Below, in pieces: positions 10,335 to 19,242 of a stretch of 64,000 nt of DNA (position 1 is its first letter; the number at the start of each line of letters is the position of its first letter). The stretch comes from Chloroflexota bacterium (GTDB lineage Bacteria > Chloroflexota > UBA11872), in contig JAJEGF010000011.1 in NCBI GenBank assembly GCA_022820025.1, positions 25,933 through 89,932 on the forward strand. The letters are read 5' to 3'. Both the position numbers and the translations under genes were made by a program. The notes below the pieces were generated by a model. It ran no database searches. It had not been told where the DNA came from and worked only from the letters and a program-made list of their open reading frames with translations.

Positions 10335-11813
10335 TTATGAGTACGCGCCCTTTTCTTCCAGCGCCACTCGGACTTCCTCGTCGGCCAGTCGCGCGGCGTC
10401 GCCCACCGACTCCTGCTCGGCGATCACGGCCGACACGTGCCGGCCAACAATCTCCTCAACGATGGAGTAGTGCTCCGTCCGCGGGCGTGGCACGGCCACT
10501 GAAGCGGCGTTCTTGATGCCCGCCAGGAACGGGAAGTCCGCCAGCAGTCCGGGGTCGTCCATCAGGCTGAACCGAACGGGCGGCCAGTTGTTGGCGTACA
10601 TGTTCTCCTTCTGGTTCTCCGCCTGGGTGAGCCAGTGGATCGCTTCCGCCGCCGCTTCGTGGTTCTCGCTGCCCTGGGGAACGCCGAAGAGCCACACGCC
10701 GGTCATGTTGGCGTGGTCCGCGCCGGGCTGCGCCGGCTCCGGCAGCACCTCGATCTTGCCAACGACCGAGGACAGGTCCGGCGTGTACATCTTCAGCAGC
10801 TGGTCGGGCCATACGTCGCCCGACATGGCCGCCAGGCCGGTGTACATCAGCTTGCCGAGTTCGTGGTGGCCGATGTTCTCAACGCCCGGGGGCGCCAGGT
10901 TCTTCAGCGTCACCACCATGTCCAGCGCGGCCAGACCCTCTTCCGTGTTCACCTGCGGGTTTAGGTCGCCGTCGATCACGTCGCGCCCGAAGCCGCGCAT
11001 GATCGGCAGGAAGCTGGTCATCGCCGGGTTCCCCGGCTGCCCGCGGATGGTGTACCCGTACAGATCGGGGGCCATGTCGCCGGTGATCTTGGTCGAGTAC
11101 TCGGCCACGTCGTCCCACGTCTTCGGTGGCTCGACGCCGAGTTCCTCCATGACGTCGGACCGGTACGCAAAGCTCTGGATATTGCCGATATTCGGCACGG
11201 CGCGCGGGCCGTACTTGCCCGGCGGCCAGTCGCCCAGGTCCACGATCGCCGGGATCATGTCCGGGTCGGGCCACACCCAGCCGAACCCCTGGTACAGGGG
11301 CGTGATGTCGGCCAGGAACTCCGTGAACTGCGGCATCCACGGGTCGTCCATCGAGGCGATGTCGTAGGCCGATCCGCCCTGGCTCAGGTTGATGAGCAAA
11401 CTCTGGTAGGTCGCCGCGTACGGCTGCTCAACGTGGTCCAACTCGATCTGCGTCTCGGACAGCAGCTTGTCGAAGATGCCGGTCTCCGCGGTGCCAAGCG
11501 GCCCCGTGCCACGCAATCGCACGCGCGGCTTCCCGATCGGCTGCTCGATGACGACGGTCACGATGCGCTCGACTTCCTGCGTCACGACCTTCTCGACCGC
11601 GACCTCGCGAGTCACGATCTTCTGGACGACCTTCTCGACGGGAACTTCCTTCTCGACCTGGACGATCTTTTCAACCTGCTGCGTCACGATCTTCTCTTGC
11701 GTGACAACCTGCGTCTCGCCGCAGGCGGCCAGGATCGCCGCGCCGCCTACGCCAAGCGCTACGCCTCCGCCGGCACGCAACATCTGCCGGCGGGTCATTG
11801 AGCGTGGAAGCAT
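10335..11813 (-). CDS. Sugar ABC transporter solute-binding lipoprotein (Tat signal, V/E/K-rich N-terminal repeats)
   Basis: TRRQML Tat motif, lipobox LAAC, family-1 SBP motifs YRSD and PPKTWDD; RBS GGAGG before ATG 11813. Confidence 0.9.
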   Translation of the reverse strand: MLPRSMTRRQMLRAGGGVALGVGGAAILAACGETQVVTQEKIVTQQVEKIVQVEKEVPVEKVVQKIVTREVAVEKVVTQEVERIVTVVIEQPIGKPRVRLRGTGPLGTAETGIFDKLLSETQIELDHVEQPYAATYQSLLINLSQGGSAYDIASMDDPWMPQFTEFLADITPLYQGFGWVWPDPDMIPAIVDLGDWPPGKYGPRAVPNIGNIQSFAYRSDVMEELGVEPPKTWDDVAEYSTKITGDMAPDLYGYTIRGQPGNPAMTSFLPIMRGFGRDVIDGDLNPQVNTEEGLAALDMVVTLKNLAPPGVENIGHHELGKLMYTGLAAMSGDVWPDQLLKMYTPDLSSVVGKIEVLPEPAQPGADHANMTGVWLFGVPQGSENHEAAAEAIHWLTQAENQKENMYANNWPPVRFSLMDDPGLLADFPFLAGIKNAASVAVPRPRTEHYSIVEEIVGRHVSAVIAEQESVGDAARLADEEVRVALEEKGAYS

Positions 11814-11893
11814 GTGTCCTCCCCCATTCGTGCGACGTTGCAGAAGCACGTCCTCGTGCTCCGGGCCGCGCGTTGTGCACACTGGCTCAACGA

Positions 11894-11921
11894 GTCAATG
11901 TGAATCAGCTTTCACAATGAC
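11894..11921. promoter_or_regulatory. Palindromic operator candidate in the divergent ABC-operon/mscS intergenic region
   Basis: GTCA-a-TGTGAA-N6-TTCACA-a-TGAC dyad in an AT-rich patch. Confidence 0.6.
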
Positions 11922-12095
11922 AGAGTAATTAAACGGGTGAACAAGCGTCAATGATTCGAAGCGCGGGCCATGAGTCCGCTTCGAGCCCGGCTTCCCGCAC
12001 GATCTGGCCGCAGCGGCGCAAACCTGAACCGCGCTGCGGGAACTCCGGCGGCAGCAACATCGTAATCTCCCGTCAAGAACATCAGGAGATGACCA

Positions 12096-13184
12096 ATGCA
12101 GAGGCTCGAGGACTTCTTCAGCGAAATCGCAGCCTTCGACCTGGCCGCGGTCGACCCTCGCATTCAGGCCTCGATCGTGGTGCTCGCGAGTGTGATTGCC
12201 GCCAAATTGGTCGATTGGATCGTGACCAGGCTGTTGCTGCGCCGGGCGCCCAAAACCGAAGACGCCTTCTACAACCGCCTGGTCGAAACCCTGCATCGGC
12301 CCGTGTTCCTGCTCGTGTTGCTTGGAGGCTTCGGTGTGGCGGCAAGTCTCCTGGCGTTGGACGGATGGCTCAGAACGCTCACGTTCGGATTACTCGGGAC
12401 GCTGGCTGTGCTGGTCGGTCTGACGCTTGCTATTCGATTGAATCAGCTGATCCTGGAAGGTCTGAGTCAGAGCCCGGAGCGTTTCCGCTATGTCGGGCAG
12501 AGCACCATGCCGCTCTTTCGAAACGTCACTAACGTGCTCCTGGCCGGAGTGGCGGCTTACCTCCTTTTGATGGTCTGGGACCTGGACGTGACAGCCTGGC
12601 TTGCCTCGGCGGGAATCCTGGGCATTGCGGTAGGGCTCGGAGCCAGGGACACGGTCGCAAACTTCTTCGCCGGCGTGCTCATCCTGGCCGATGCACCCTA
12701 CCGGGTCGGGGATTTCATCGTCCTGGATACGGGCGAACGGGGCCAGGTGACCCACGTCGGACTTCGAAGCACCAGGCTGCTGACTCGCGATGACATAGAG
12801 ATCACGATTCCGAACGGCGTCATGGGCAACATCAAGGTCATTAACGAAACTGGCGGCCCCGACCCCAAACATCGCATCCGTATCAGCGTCGCCTGCGCCT
12901 ACGGTTCCGATATCGATCATGTAAAACAGGTGCTGCTCGAAGTCGCTCAAGGCCAGGAAGAAGTTTGCGAGGAGCCCGAGCCCAGGGTCCGGTTTCGCAC
13001 CTTCGGCGCCTCCGGGCTGGACCTGGAACTGCTGGCCTGGGTGGACGAACCAGTCCTTCGGGGACGCGTAACCGACGCGCTGAACACCGCGGTTTACCGT
13101 CGGTTTGCGGACGAGCGAATCGAGATCCCGTACGCCAAGCAGGATCTCTACGTCAAGGAGTTGCCGAAACCCTTCGGCGGTTAA
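12096..13184 (+). CDS. Small-conductance mechanosensitive channel (MscS family)
   Basis: LASAGILGIAVGLGARDTVANFFAG, PYRVGD, VGLRST, IPN and IEIPY. Confidence 0.93.
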   Translation: MQRLEDFFSEIAAFDLAAVDPRIQASIVVLASVIAAKLVDWIVTRLLLRRAPKTEDAFYNRLVETLHRPVFLLVLLGGFGVAASLLALDGWLRTLTFGLLGTLAVLVGLTLAIRLNQLILEGLSQSPERFRYVGQSTMPLFRNVTNVLLAGVAAYLLLMVWDLDVTAWLASAGILGIAVGLGARDTVANFFAGVLILADAPYRVGDFIVLDTGERGQVTHVGLRSTRLLTRDDIEITIPNGVMGNIKVINETGGPDPKHRIRISVACAYGSDIDHVKQVLLEVAQGQEEVCEEPEPRVRFRTFGASGLDLELLAWVDEPVLRGRVTDALNTAVYRRFADERIEIPYAKQDLYVKELPKPFGG

Positions 13185-13302
13185 CCGGCGATCGGCGGTC
13201 GTCGCCCCCATCGCAAACCACCCGCGTCCAGGCGCCGGGCCTTGGGCCCGATTCACCACCAACGAGGTGGTGAATCAAGGCCACGTCCAGGTTGTCTGCC
13301 GG

Positions 13303-14316
13303 CTAACCCGCCACGGTCGAATCCGCGGGCAGTTCCCGCACCTGATTCGACCCCGGACGCCGCAGCGAAATGACGCGTTCGATTTCCGCCGACTCGTTCT
13401 CCGGCAGCGGTGACTCCCCGTTCGCCGCGCCGATCTCCGCCACGCTGGCAATCCCGCGCAGCTTGTCGGTCTCCGCAAGGGCCGTCAGGTCGCCGCCAAA
13501 GTAGTCGAACCACGGTAGGCCGGCCGACGCATACGCGCTGGCCGTCGGCGCCTCCGTCGGCGGTCGTTCCCCGGTCAGCGCCATCCATTGCACCGAATTG
13601 GCGATCGTCACGAAGCAGCGGCTGGCGTGACGCTGATCCCACGCGTCCAGCCCGTAGTCATCCTCATAGATCTCCTGCCGCATCCGTCCGCCGGGGGCGA
13701 GACCCATTGACGTGCTCTTCACGAGGGGAGAAGCGTCGGCATCCGGCAATGGGGCCCCCGCGATGACACTGGCCATCATCTCCTCATACCGCTCCGCCTT
13801 CATCGGGTACGCGATCAGTTGCAGACCCCCATGCTCGGCCTCGCCTGTCAGTTGCTCCTCCACCGTGTAGCCCTGGCCCAGCGGCATCGCCACGAATTGC
13901 CGAACGATCCCCTGCGCCACGCAATACCCGTCCAGCCACGGCTGCTCCGGCAGCACCGCGTAGTCCTGCGGATCGGTGTTGAGGTGGTTCATCCAGGTCT
14001 CGCCCGTCAACGCGCAGACCTTGCCGGTCGCAATCTTCACGGCGAACGGATACCCCCGGCAGTCAAAATCGATCCACATGGCCTCGGCCTGGTGCATCGG
14101 CATCAGTACCCCGCCGCGCCGCAGCCAATCCGACGGCAGGCGCCGGGCGTAGTCGTCCAGGTGACGCAGCGGAAACCGGCCCATCCCCGGCGGCAGCGGA
14201 TAGTCCAGGCCGTCGTCTGGTATCCGCAGCGTCCGCTGAAACTCGATGGCGCAGCGCGCGTCTTTGTGGACCTCTGGAAACCTGAATACCAGCCGGTCGT
14301 TCTCGAGCGTGATCAT
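13303..14316 (-). CDS. Conserved hypothetical protein
   Basis: Globular-looking 337-aa ORF with blocks FQRTLRIPDD, LPPGMGRFPL, EAMWIDF, QPWLDG and VRQFVAMPLG; RBS GAGG before ATG 14316. Confidence 0.8.
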   Translation of the reverse strand: MITLENDRLVFRFPEVHKDARCAIEFQRTLRIPDDGLDYPLPPGMGRFPLRHLDDYARRLPSDWLRRGGVLMPMHQAEAMWIDFDCRGYPFAVKIATGKVCALTGETWMNHLNTDPQDYAVLPEQPWLDGYCVAQGIVRQFVAMPLGQGYTVEEQLTGEAEHGGLQLIAYPMKAERYEEMMASVIAGAPLPDADASPLVKSTSMGLAPGGRMRQEIYEDDYGLDAWDQRHASRCFVTIANSVQWMALTGERPPTEAPTASAYASAGLPWFDYFGGDLTALAETDKLRGIASVAEIGAANGESPLPENESAEIERVISLRRPGSNQVRELPADSTVAG

Positions 14317-14413
14317 TCCCTCGTGCTCTCCTTGGCTTGCAGCCGCTTCAACGCATCTCCATGGAAGCGGCAGATCTCTTGTTGACTCCGTTGATTGCCC
14401 TGAATGACGTGCG

Positions 14414-14767
14414 CTACCAATCCCCGTCGCGAACCTCGCGCACGATGCGCAAGACGGCGTGATCGGGCGCATCCCGCAGTTCGCGGATCAACTGGGCGAA
14501 CAGCCGCGGCCGCTTGCGAATGACCTCCTGCAGGTCACTCGAAACCTTGCCGCCCAGCGCCAGGAGCACGTCCGGGTCCTGATCGAGTTCCTTCGCCAGC
14601 CGCACGGTCGCGGCTTCGGATGGCGGCGCAACCTGGCCGCGCTCGATCTTGCTCAGGTACCCCGGTTCGACCCCGATCCGCTTGGCCACCTGCCGCAGCG
14701 AATACCGGCGGTCATGCTCTTGCAAGCTCCGCCGAGCGGTGTTGACGTGCGTGCCAAACTGCGTCAT
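14414..14767 (-). CDS. XRE-family helix-turn-helix transcriptional regulator
   Basis: SLRQVAKRIGVEPGYLSKIERG helix-turn-helix. Confidence 0.9.
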   Translation of the reverse strand: MTQFGTHVNTARRSLQEHDRRYSLRQVAKRIGVEPGYLSKIERGQVAPPSEAATVRLAKELDQDPDVLLALGGKVSSDLQEVIRKRPRLFAQLIRELRDAPDHAVLRIVREVRDGDW

Positions 14768-14776
14768 GTTTCCTAA

Positions 14777-14805
14777 ACACTACACACTTACGGCCAGCCT
14801 GTCAA
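14777..14805 (-). promoter_or_regulatory. Sigma70-type promoter of the XRE regulator (near-leaderless)
   Basis: TTGACA (14805-14800), 17-bp spacer, TAGTGT (14782-14777); the ATG is 10 bp downstream. Confidence 0.7.
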
Positions 14806-14917
14806 GTCGACGTTGCCGCCGACGTGATGTCCGCTCGACGGGCGCGCGCGGCGGGATTCGCCTAGGATCGTCCGGCACGCGGCTCATACCTGCGCTGACC
14901 CAGGGAAGGCGGTTCCA

Positions 14918-16603
14918 ATGCCCACCATGACCGGTGCGCGCTTCCTCGCCGAGACTCTCCACGCCTATGGCGTGACCCACTACTTCTTTATGCCGGTCAG
15001 TGTCCCGGAGGCCATGCCCGAGCTCGAACGCGTTGGCGTCGAGCCCGTCATGGCCCACACCGAGAAGGGCGCGGCCTACATGGCCGACGGCTACGCCCGC
15101 ATCAGCGGCGGCGCCGGCGTCTGCGGCGCTCAGTCCGTGGGTGCGCTAAACCTCGCGGCCGGCCTGCAGGACGCCTTCCTGGCCTGTTCACCCGTAATCG
15201 CCCTGACCGGCCGCCTTCGCCAGATCATGCAGAACCGCCACGCCTATCAGGAGGTGGACCACGCCGCCCCCTTCGACGCCGTCACCAAGTTCAGCACCCC
15301 GGTGACCTCGCTGGAAGAGTTCCCCATCTTCCTGCGGCAGGCGTTGCGCGAAGTCGTGTCGGGCACCCCGGGCCCCGCCCACCTCGACCTCTGGGGCATC
15401 ACCGGCGGCGACATCATGACGGCCGAGGACGACCTCGACATCATCGTCGAGGAACCCTTCCGCCGCACGCCCCCGTTCCGCCCCGAACCGGATCCGGCCA
15501 GCGTCCGCTCGGCCCTCGCTGAACTGGGGCAAGCCTCCCGGCCGGTCATCGTCGCCGGCGGCGGCGTCCGAGCCTCTGCCGCCCGCGACGAACTGATCGA
15601 CCTGGCGGAATCCCTGAACATCCCGGTCATCACTTCCCTCAACGCCAAGGAGACCTTCCCGGCCGACCATCCGTTGGCCGTCGGCGTGTCCGGGACTTAC
15701 TCGCGCGAATGCGCCAATCGGGTCTTCGCCGAAGTCGATCTCGCCTTCTTCGTCGGCAGCCACAAGGGCGAACAGGTCTCCAACATCTGGAAGCTCCCCC
15801 GTCCCGGCGCCCGCATCGTTCAACTTGACATAAACCCCGCCGAGCTCGGCCGCTCCTTCCCCATCAACGTCGGACTCCTGGCCGACGCCCGCGCCGGACT
15901 GCGCAAGCTCCTGGATCAGGTCAAAGCGGATTCGATAACACCTCCGTCGTCACGAGATCCGTGGATCCAGCGCGTCCAGTCCCTCGTCCGCACCTGGAAA
16001 GCCCAGGTCGACCCGCTCGTCACCTCGGATCAGGTCCCCATGCGCCCCGAGCGCCTCTGCGGTGACCTCACTCGACTGCTCCCATCCGACGCCATCCTGG
16101 TCTCCGACACCGGCCACGCCGGCATCTGGACCGGAACCATGATCGACCTGACATCGCCCGGCCAGAGCTTCATCCGCTGCGCCGGCTCGCTCGGCTGGGG
16201 CCTGCCGGCCGCGATTGGCGCCAAGTGCGCCGCGCCGGACCGCCCCGTGGTCTGCTTCACCGGCGACGGCGGCATGTGGTACCACCTCACCGAGCTCGAC
16301 ACCGCCGCGCGCTACGGCATCAACTCCGTAACCGTCGTCAACAACAACGCCTCCCTCAACCAGGAACAGGCGCTAAACGAACGCATCTATGGCGGCGCCA
16401 CCCCCGGCTCCGACCGGCTCTGGAAGCTCACCGACGCCGACTTCGCCGCCGTCGCCGAAACCATGGGGTGCGCAGGCATCACGGTCAGGGATCCCGCCGA
16501 AATGGACAGCGCGCTGGATCAGGCGCTCTCCGCCAATCGGCCCGCCGTCATCGACGTCAAGACCGACATCGCCGGCATCGCGCCCAGGGCTTGGGACGGT
16601 TGA
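14918..16603 (+). CDS. Thiamine pyrophosphate-dependent enzyme (acetolactate synthase-like)
   Basis: HTEKGAAYMADGYAR, GSLGWGLPAAIGAK and the TPP motif GDGG...NN. Confidence 0.9.
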   Translation: MPTMTGARFLAETLHAYGVTHYFFMPVSVPEAMPELERVGVEPVMAHTEKGAAYMADGYARISGGAGVCGAQSVGALNLAAGLQDAFLACSPVIALTGRLRQIMQNRHAYQEVDHAAPFDAVTKFSTPVTSLEEFPIFLRQALREVVSGTPGPAHLDLWGITGGDIMTAEDDLDIIVEEPFRRTPPFRPEPDPASVRSALAELGQASRPVIVAGGGVRASAARDELIDLAESLNIPVITSLNAKETFPADHPLAVGVSGTYSRECANRVFAEVDLAFFVGSHKGEQVSNIWKLPRPGARIVQLDINPAELGRSFPINVGLLADARAGLRKLLDQVKADSITPPSSRDPWIQRVQSLVRTWKAQVDPLVTSDQVPMRPERLCGDLTRLLPSDAILVSDTGHAGIWTGTMIDLTSPGQSFIRCAGSLGWGLPAAIGAKCAAPDRPVVCFTGDGGMWYHLTELDTAARYGINSVTVVNNNASLNQEQALNERIYGGATPGSDRLWKLTDADFAAVAETMGCAGITVRDPAEMDSALDQALSANRPAVIDVKTDIAGIAPRAWDG

Positions 16604-16637
16604 ACCGCTCGTCTGGATGACTTAAAGGAGCTTGGAC

Positions 16638-17744
16638 ATGGCTGATGGCATTCACGTCGTCCTGGTCGTCAACGACGAAGCCGCCCACTGGCAGGGCTAC
16701 CGCGACCGCCTGGCCGCCAACGACGGCGCGGCATCCGTCTCCGTGGCCGTGCCGCCGGGCGAGCGCCGCGACTCCATCCTGGATGTCCTTGGCGAAAAGG
16801 TCCGCACCGTCGCTGAAGATCCCGCCGAGCTCCTGGCCGCCGAGACGCCGCAGCTCGCCGTCATCACCGTCCCGCCTCTCGACTCACCGCCGATCATCGA
16901 CGCGGCGCTCGACGCCGGCGCCCACGTCCTGACCGAGAAACCTGCCAGCGTCTCGGATGTCGTGCTCGAGCCACTCGCCCGCAAAGCAATCCGGTGCGAC
17001 CGCCACCTCATGCTCGCCTTCGCCGGCAGCCAGCAACCCGCCGTTCGCGACGCGGCCCGCATTATTCGCGACGAGGGCCGCCTGGGCGCCCTCTACGGCG
17101 TCACCGCCCACTACATCGCCGACCAGGCCCGCATCCGCGACGTCGAACAGCTCCAGCGCCGCACCGGCTCCTCCAACACCTGGTTCTTCGAAAAGCGCGT
17201 GGGCGGCGGCGGACACCTCTCCTGGCTCGGCATCCATTTCGTCGACATGCTCCACGTCGTCACCGGCCACGACGTTGTCGAAGTTAGCGCCATGACCAAC
17301 GTGGCCGGCGGCCAGCCCATCGACGTCGAAGACTCCGCCGTCCTTACGCTCCGCTACGACAACGGCATGCTGGCCTCCCTCACCTCGGCCTACTACCTCG
17401 ACCAGCACGATGTCGCCGACGACAAGCAGGCGCTCTTCAAGGTCTGGGGCGAGAACGGCTGGCTCCAGATCGACCCGCACGAAGGCACCCCGCTCACCTG
17501 CTACAGCAACCTGCCCGCCTACGCCCACCAGCCGCGCGAACGCATCGACTACGACTCCGACTTCATCACCGGCTACGACACCCTCATGCACGAGGCGCTC
17601 CGCGCCGCCGCCGGCCTGGGCGACCCGCCCACCTCCACGCTGGATGCCCTCCAGGCTCTCCGGGTCGTCCACGCCGCCTACCGTTCAGCCGACAGCGGCC
17701 GCGCCCAGCCCGTACCCGCCCGCGGCCAATGGACGCTCCCATGA
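16638..17744 (+). CDS. Gfo/Idh/MocA family oxidoreductase
   Basis: AGAHVLTEKP, GGGHLSWLGIHFVD and DVED; RBS AAGGAG; atypical N-terminal Rossmann motif. Confidence 0.85.
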   Translation: MADGIHVVLVVNDEAAHWQGYRDRLAANDGAASVSVAVPPGERRDSILDVLGEKVRTVAEDPAELLAAETPQLAVITVPPLDSPPIIDAALDAGAHVLTEKPASVSDVVLEPLARKAIRCDRHLMLAFAGSQQPAVRDAARIIRDEGRLGALYGVTAHYIADQARIRDVEQLQRRTGSSNTWFFEKRVGGGGHLSWLGIHFVDMLHVVTGHDVVEVSAMTNVAGGQPIDVEDSAVLTLRYDNGMLASLTSAYYLDQHDVADDKQALFKVWGENGWLQIDPHEGTPLTCYSNLPAYAHQPRERIDYDSDFITGYDTLMHEALRAAAGLGDPPTSTLDALQALRVVHAAYRSADSGRAQPVPARGQWTLP

Positions 17745-19120
17745 TCGCAATCCCCACGCTGGAGACCGATGTCCTGGTCTGCGGCGCCGGCATCGCCGGC
17801 CTCACCGCTGCCCGTACCGCCCAGGAGGCGGGCGCGCGCGTCGTGGTTTTGGAAAAGGGCCCCGAAACCGGCGGATCCTCCGCCGTCTCCGCCGGCATCG
17901 TCTGGACCGCCCGCGACCTCGCGGGCTGGCTCTCCGTCCAACCCGGCGGCGATCCGACCCTGGGCAAGGCCCAGGTCACCACCTATCCCGAGGCCATCGA
18001 GTGGCTGCGGTCCCAGCACGTGCGGCTCGAACCCTTCGAGTTCGGCGCCAGCGGCTGGAATCCCCCGTTCCCCTACGCGGCCTTTCAACTGGAGCCCAAA
18101 GCGGACGGCCGTTCCAATCCCCGCGCCGCCATGGATCGGCTGACCGCCAACATCGCGAAGGCGGGCGGCCGCATCCTCACCGAAACGGCAATCCGCGAAT
18201 TTCACCAGGACGCCGCGGGACGCATCATCGGCGTGGAAGCGCGCGGACCCAGCGGCCTACTCCGCATCAGTGCCAAAGCCACGGTCATGGCCACCGGCGG
18301 CTTCCAGGGCAACCCCGAGCTCCGCGCCCGCTACTTCGGCCCCTACAGTGACCGCATGGTCCTGCGCGCCAATCCCTACAGCACCGGCGAGGCCTTCCAG
18401 GCCGCCCAGGCCGTCGGCGCGGGGACCGCGGGACCCTTCGGCCGCTTCTACGGCCACCGGGTTGTTGCCCCGCCGGCCGTCGTCGACTTCCCCTCATTCC
18501 CCCGTGTCCACCTTGGCGGAGCGCTGCCGGGCGCGATCCTCGTGAACCTGCGCGGCGAACGCTACGTCGACGAGTCCGAGAGCGACGAAGTCAGCGTCCA
18601 CGCCCTACCGCACCAGCCCGACGCGCTCGGCGTGATGATCTACAGCGAGTCCGACGCCGCTACCGACATCGGCTCTGCCGCGCTCGAAACCGTCAGGTCC
18701 GTCGGGACCGAAATCCTCGAGGCGCCGTCACTCGATTCGCTGGCCGAGCGCATGTCCTCGCATTGGGGCATCGCCCGCGTCCCGCTGCTCGACACTCTTG
18801 CCGCCTACAACGCCGCGGCCGCCGCCGCCGACGCAACCATGCTCGCCATTCCCCGCGCCGGCGATCTCCACCCGCTGACCCAACCGCCCTTCTACGCCAT
18901 CCGCTTTCTGCCTGGCATCACCGTTACCTACGGCGGCGTGCGCATCGACGCCTTTGCCCGCGTGCTGGACTCCACCGGCCGCCCGCTCGGCGGTCTCTAC
19001 GCCGCCGGCGCGGACGCTGGTGGCATCTACACCCGCGGCTATGCGGGCGGTCTTTCCATGGGCCTTGCCTTCGGCCGCATCGCCGGCCGCGAAGCTGCGG
19101 CCAGCGCCGTGTCGCCCTAG
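17741..19120 (+). CDS. FAD-dependent oxidoreductase (FAD_binding_2; fumarate reductase/TcuA/KstD-like flavoprotein)
   Basis: DVLVCGAGIAG, GGSSAVSAG, MATGGFQGN, TYGGV and GLYAAG; ATGA coupling to the upstream gene. Confidence 0.88.
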   Translation: MIAIPTLETDVLVCGAGIAGLTAARTAQEAGARVVVLEKGPETGGSSAVSAGIVWTARDLAGWLSVQPGGDPTLGKAQVTTYPEAIEWLRSQHVRLEPFEFGASGWNPPFPYAAFQLEPKADGRSNPRAAMDRLTANIAKAGGRILTETAIREFHQDAAGRIIGVEARGPSGLLRISAKATVMATGGFQGNPELRARYFGPYSDRMVLRANPYSTGEAFQAAQAVGAGTAGPFGRFYGHRVVAPPAVVDFPSFPRVHLGGALPGAILVNLRGERYVDESESDEVSVHALPHQPDALGVMIYSESDAATDIGSAALETVRSVGTEILEAPSLDSLAERMSSHWGIARVPLLDTLAAYNAAAAAADATMLAIPRAGDLHPLTQPPFYAIRFLPGITVTYGGVRIDAFARVLDSTGRPLGGLYAAGADAGGIYTRGYAGGLSMGLAFGRIAGREAAASAVSP

Positions 19121-19121
19121 T

Positions 19122-19242
19122 GAGACCTCTGCAAAACTCCGCGGGCCCTCAAATGCAGGGCGGCTCTTTCTCCCCCTCCCCGTGGGAGAGGGTTGGGGTG
19201 AGGGTCTTCCGCGCAACCAACCCCCGGCTACGCAAAGGTCTC
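19122..19242. mobile_element. MITE-like non-autonomous element, copy 1 (121 bp)
   Basis: Ends GAGACCTCTGC...GCAAAGGTCTC form an inverted repeat; flanking direct repeat TAGT at 19118-19121 and 19243-19246; homologous to 38543-38665. Confidence 0.85.
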
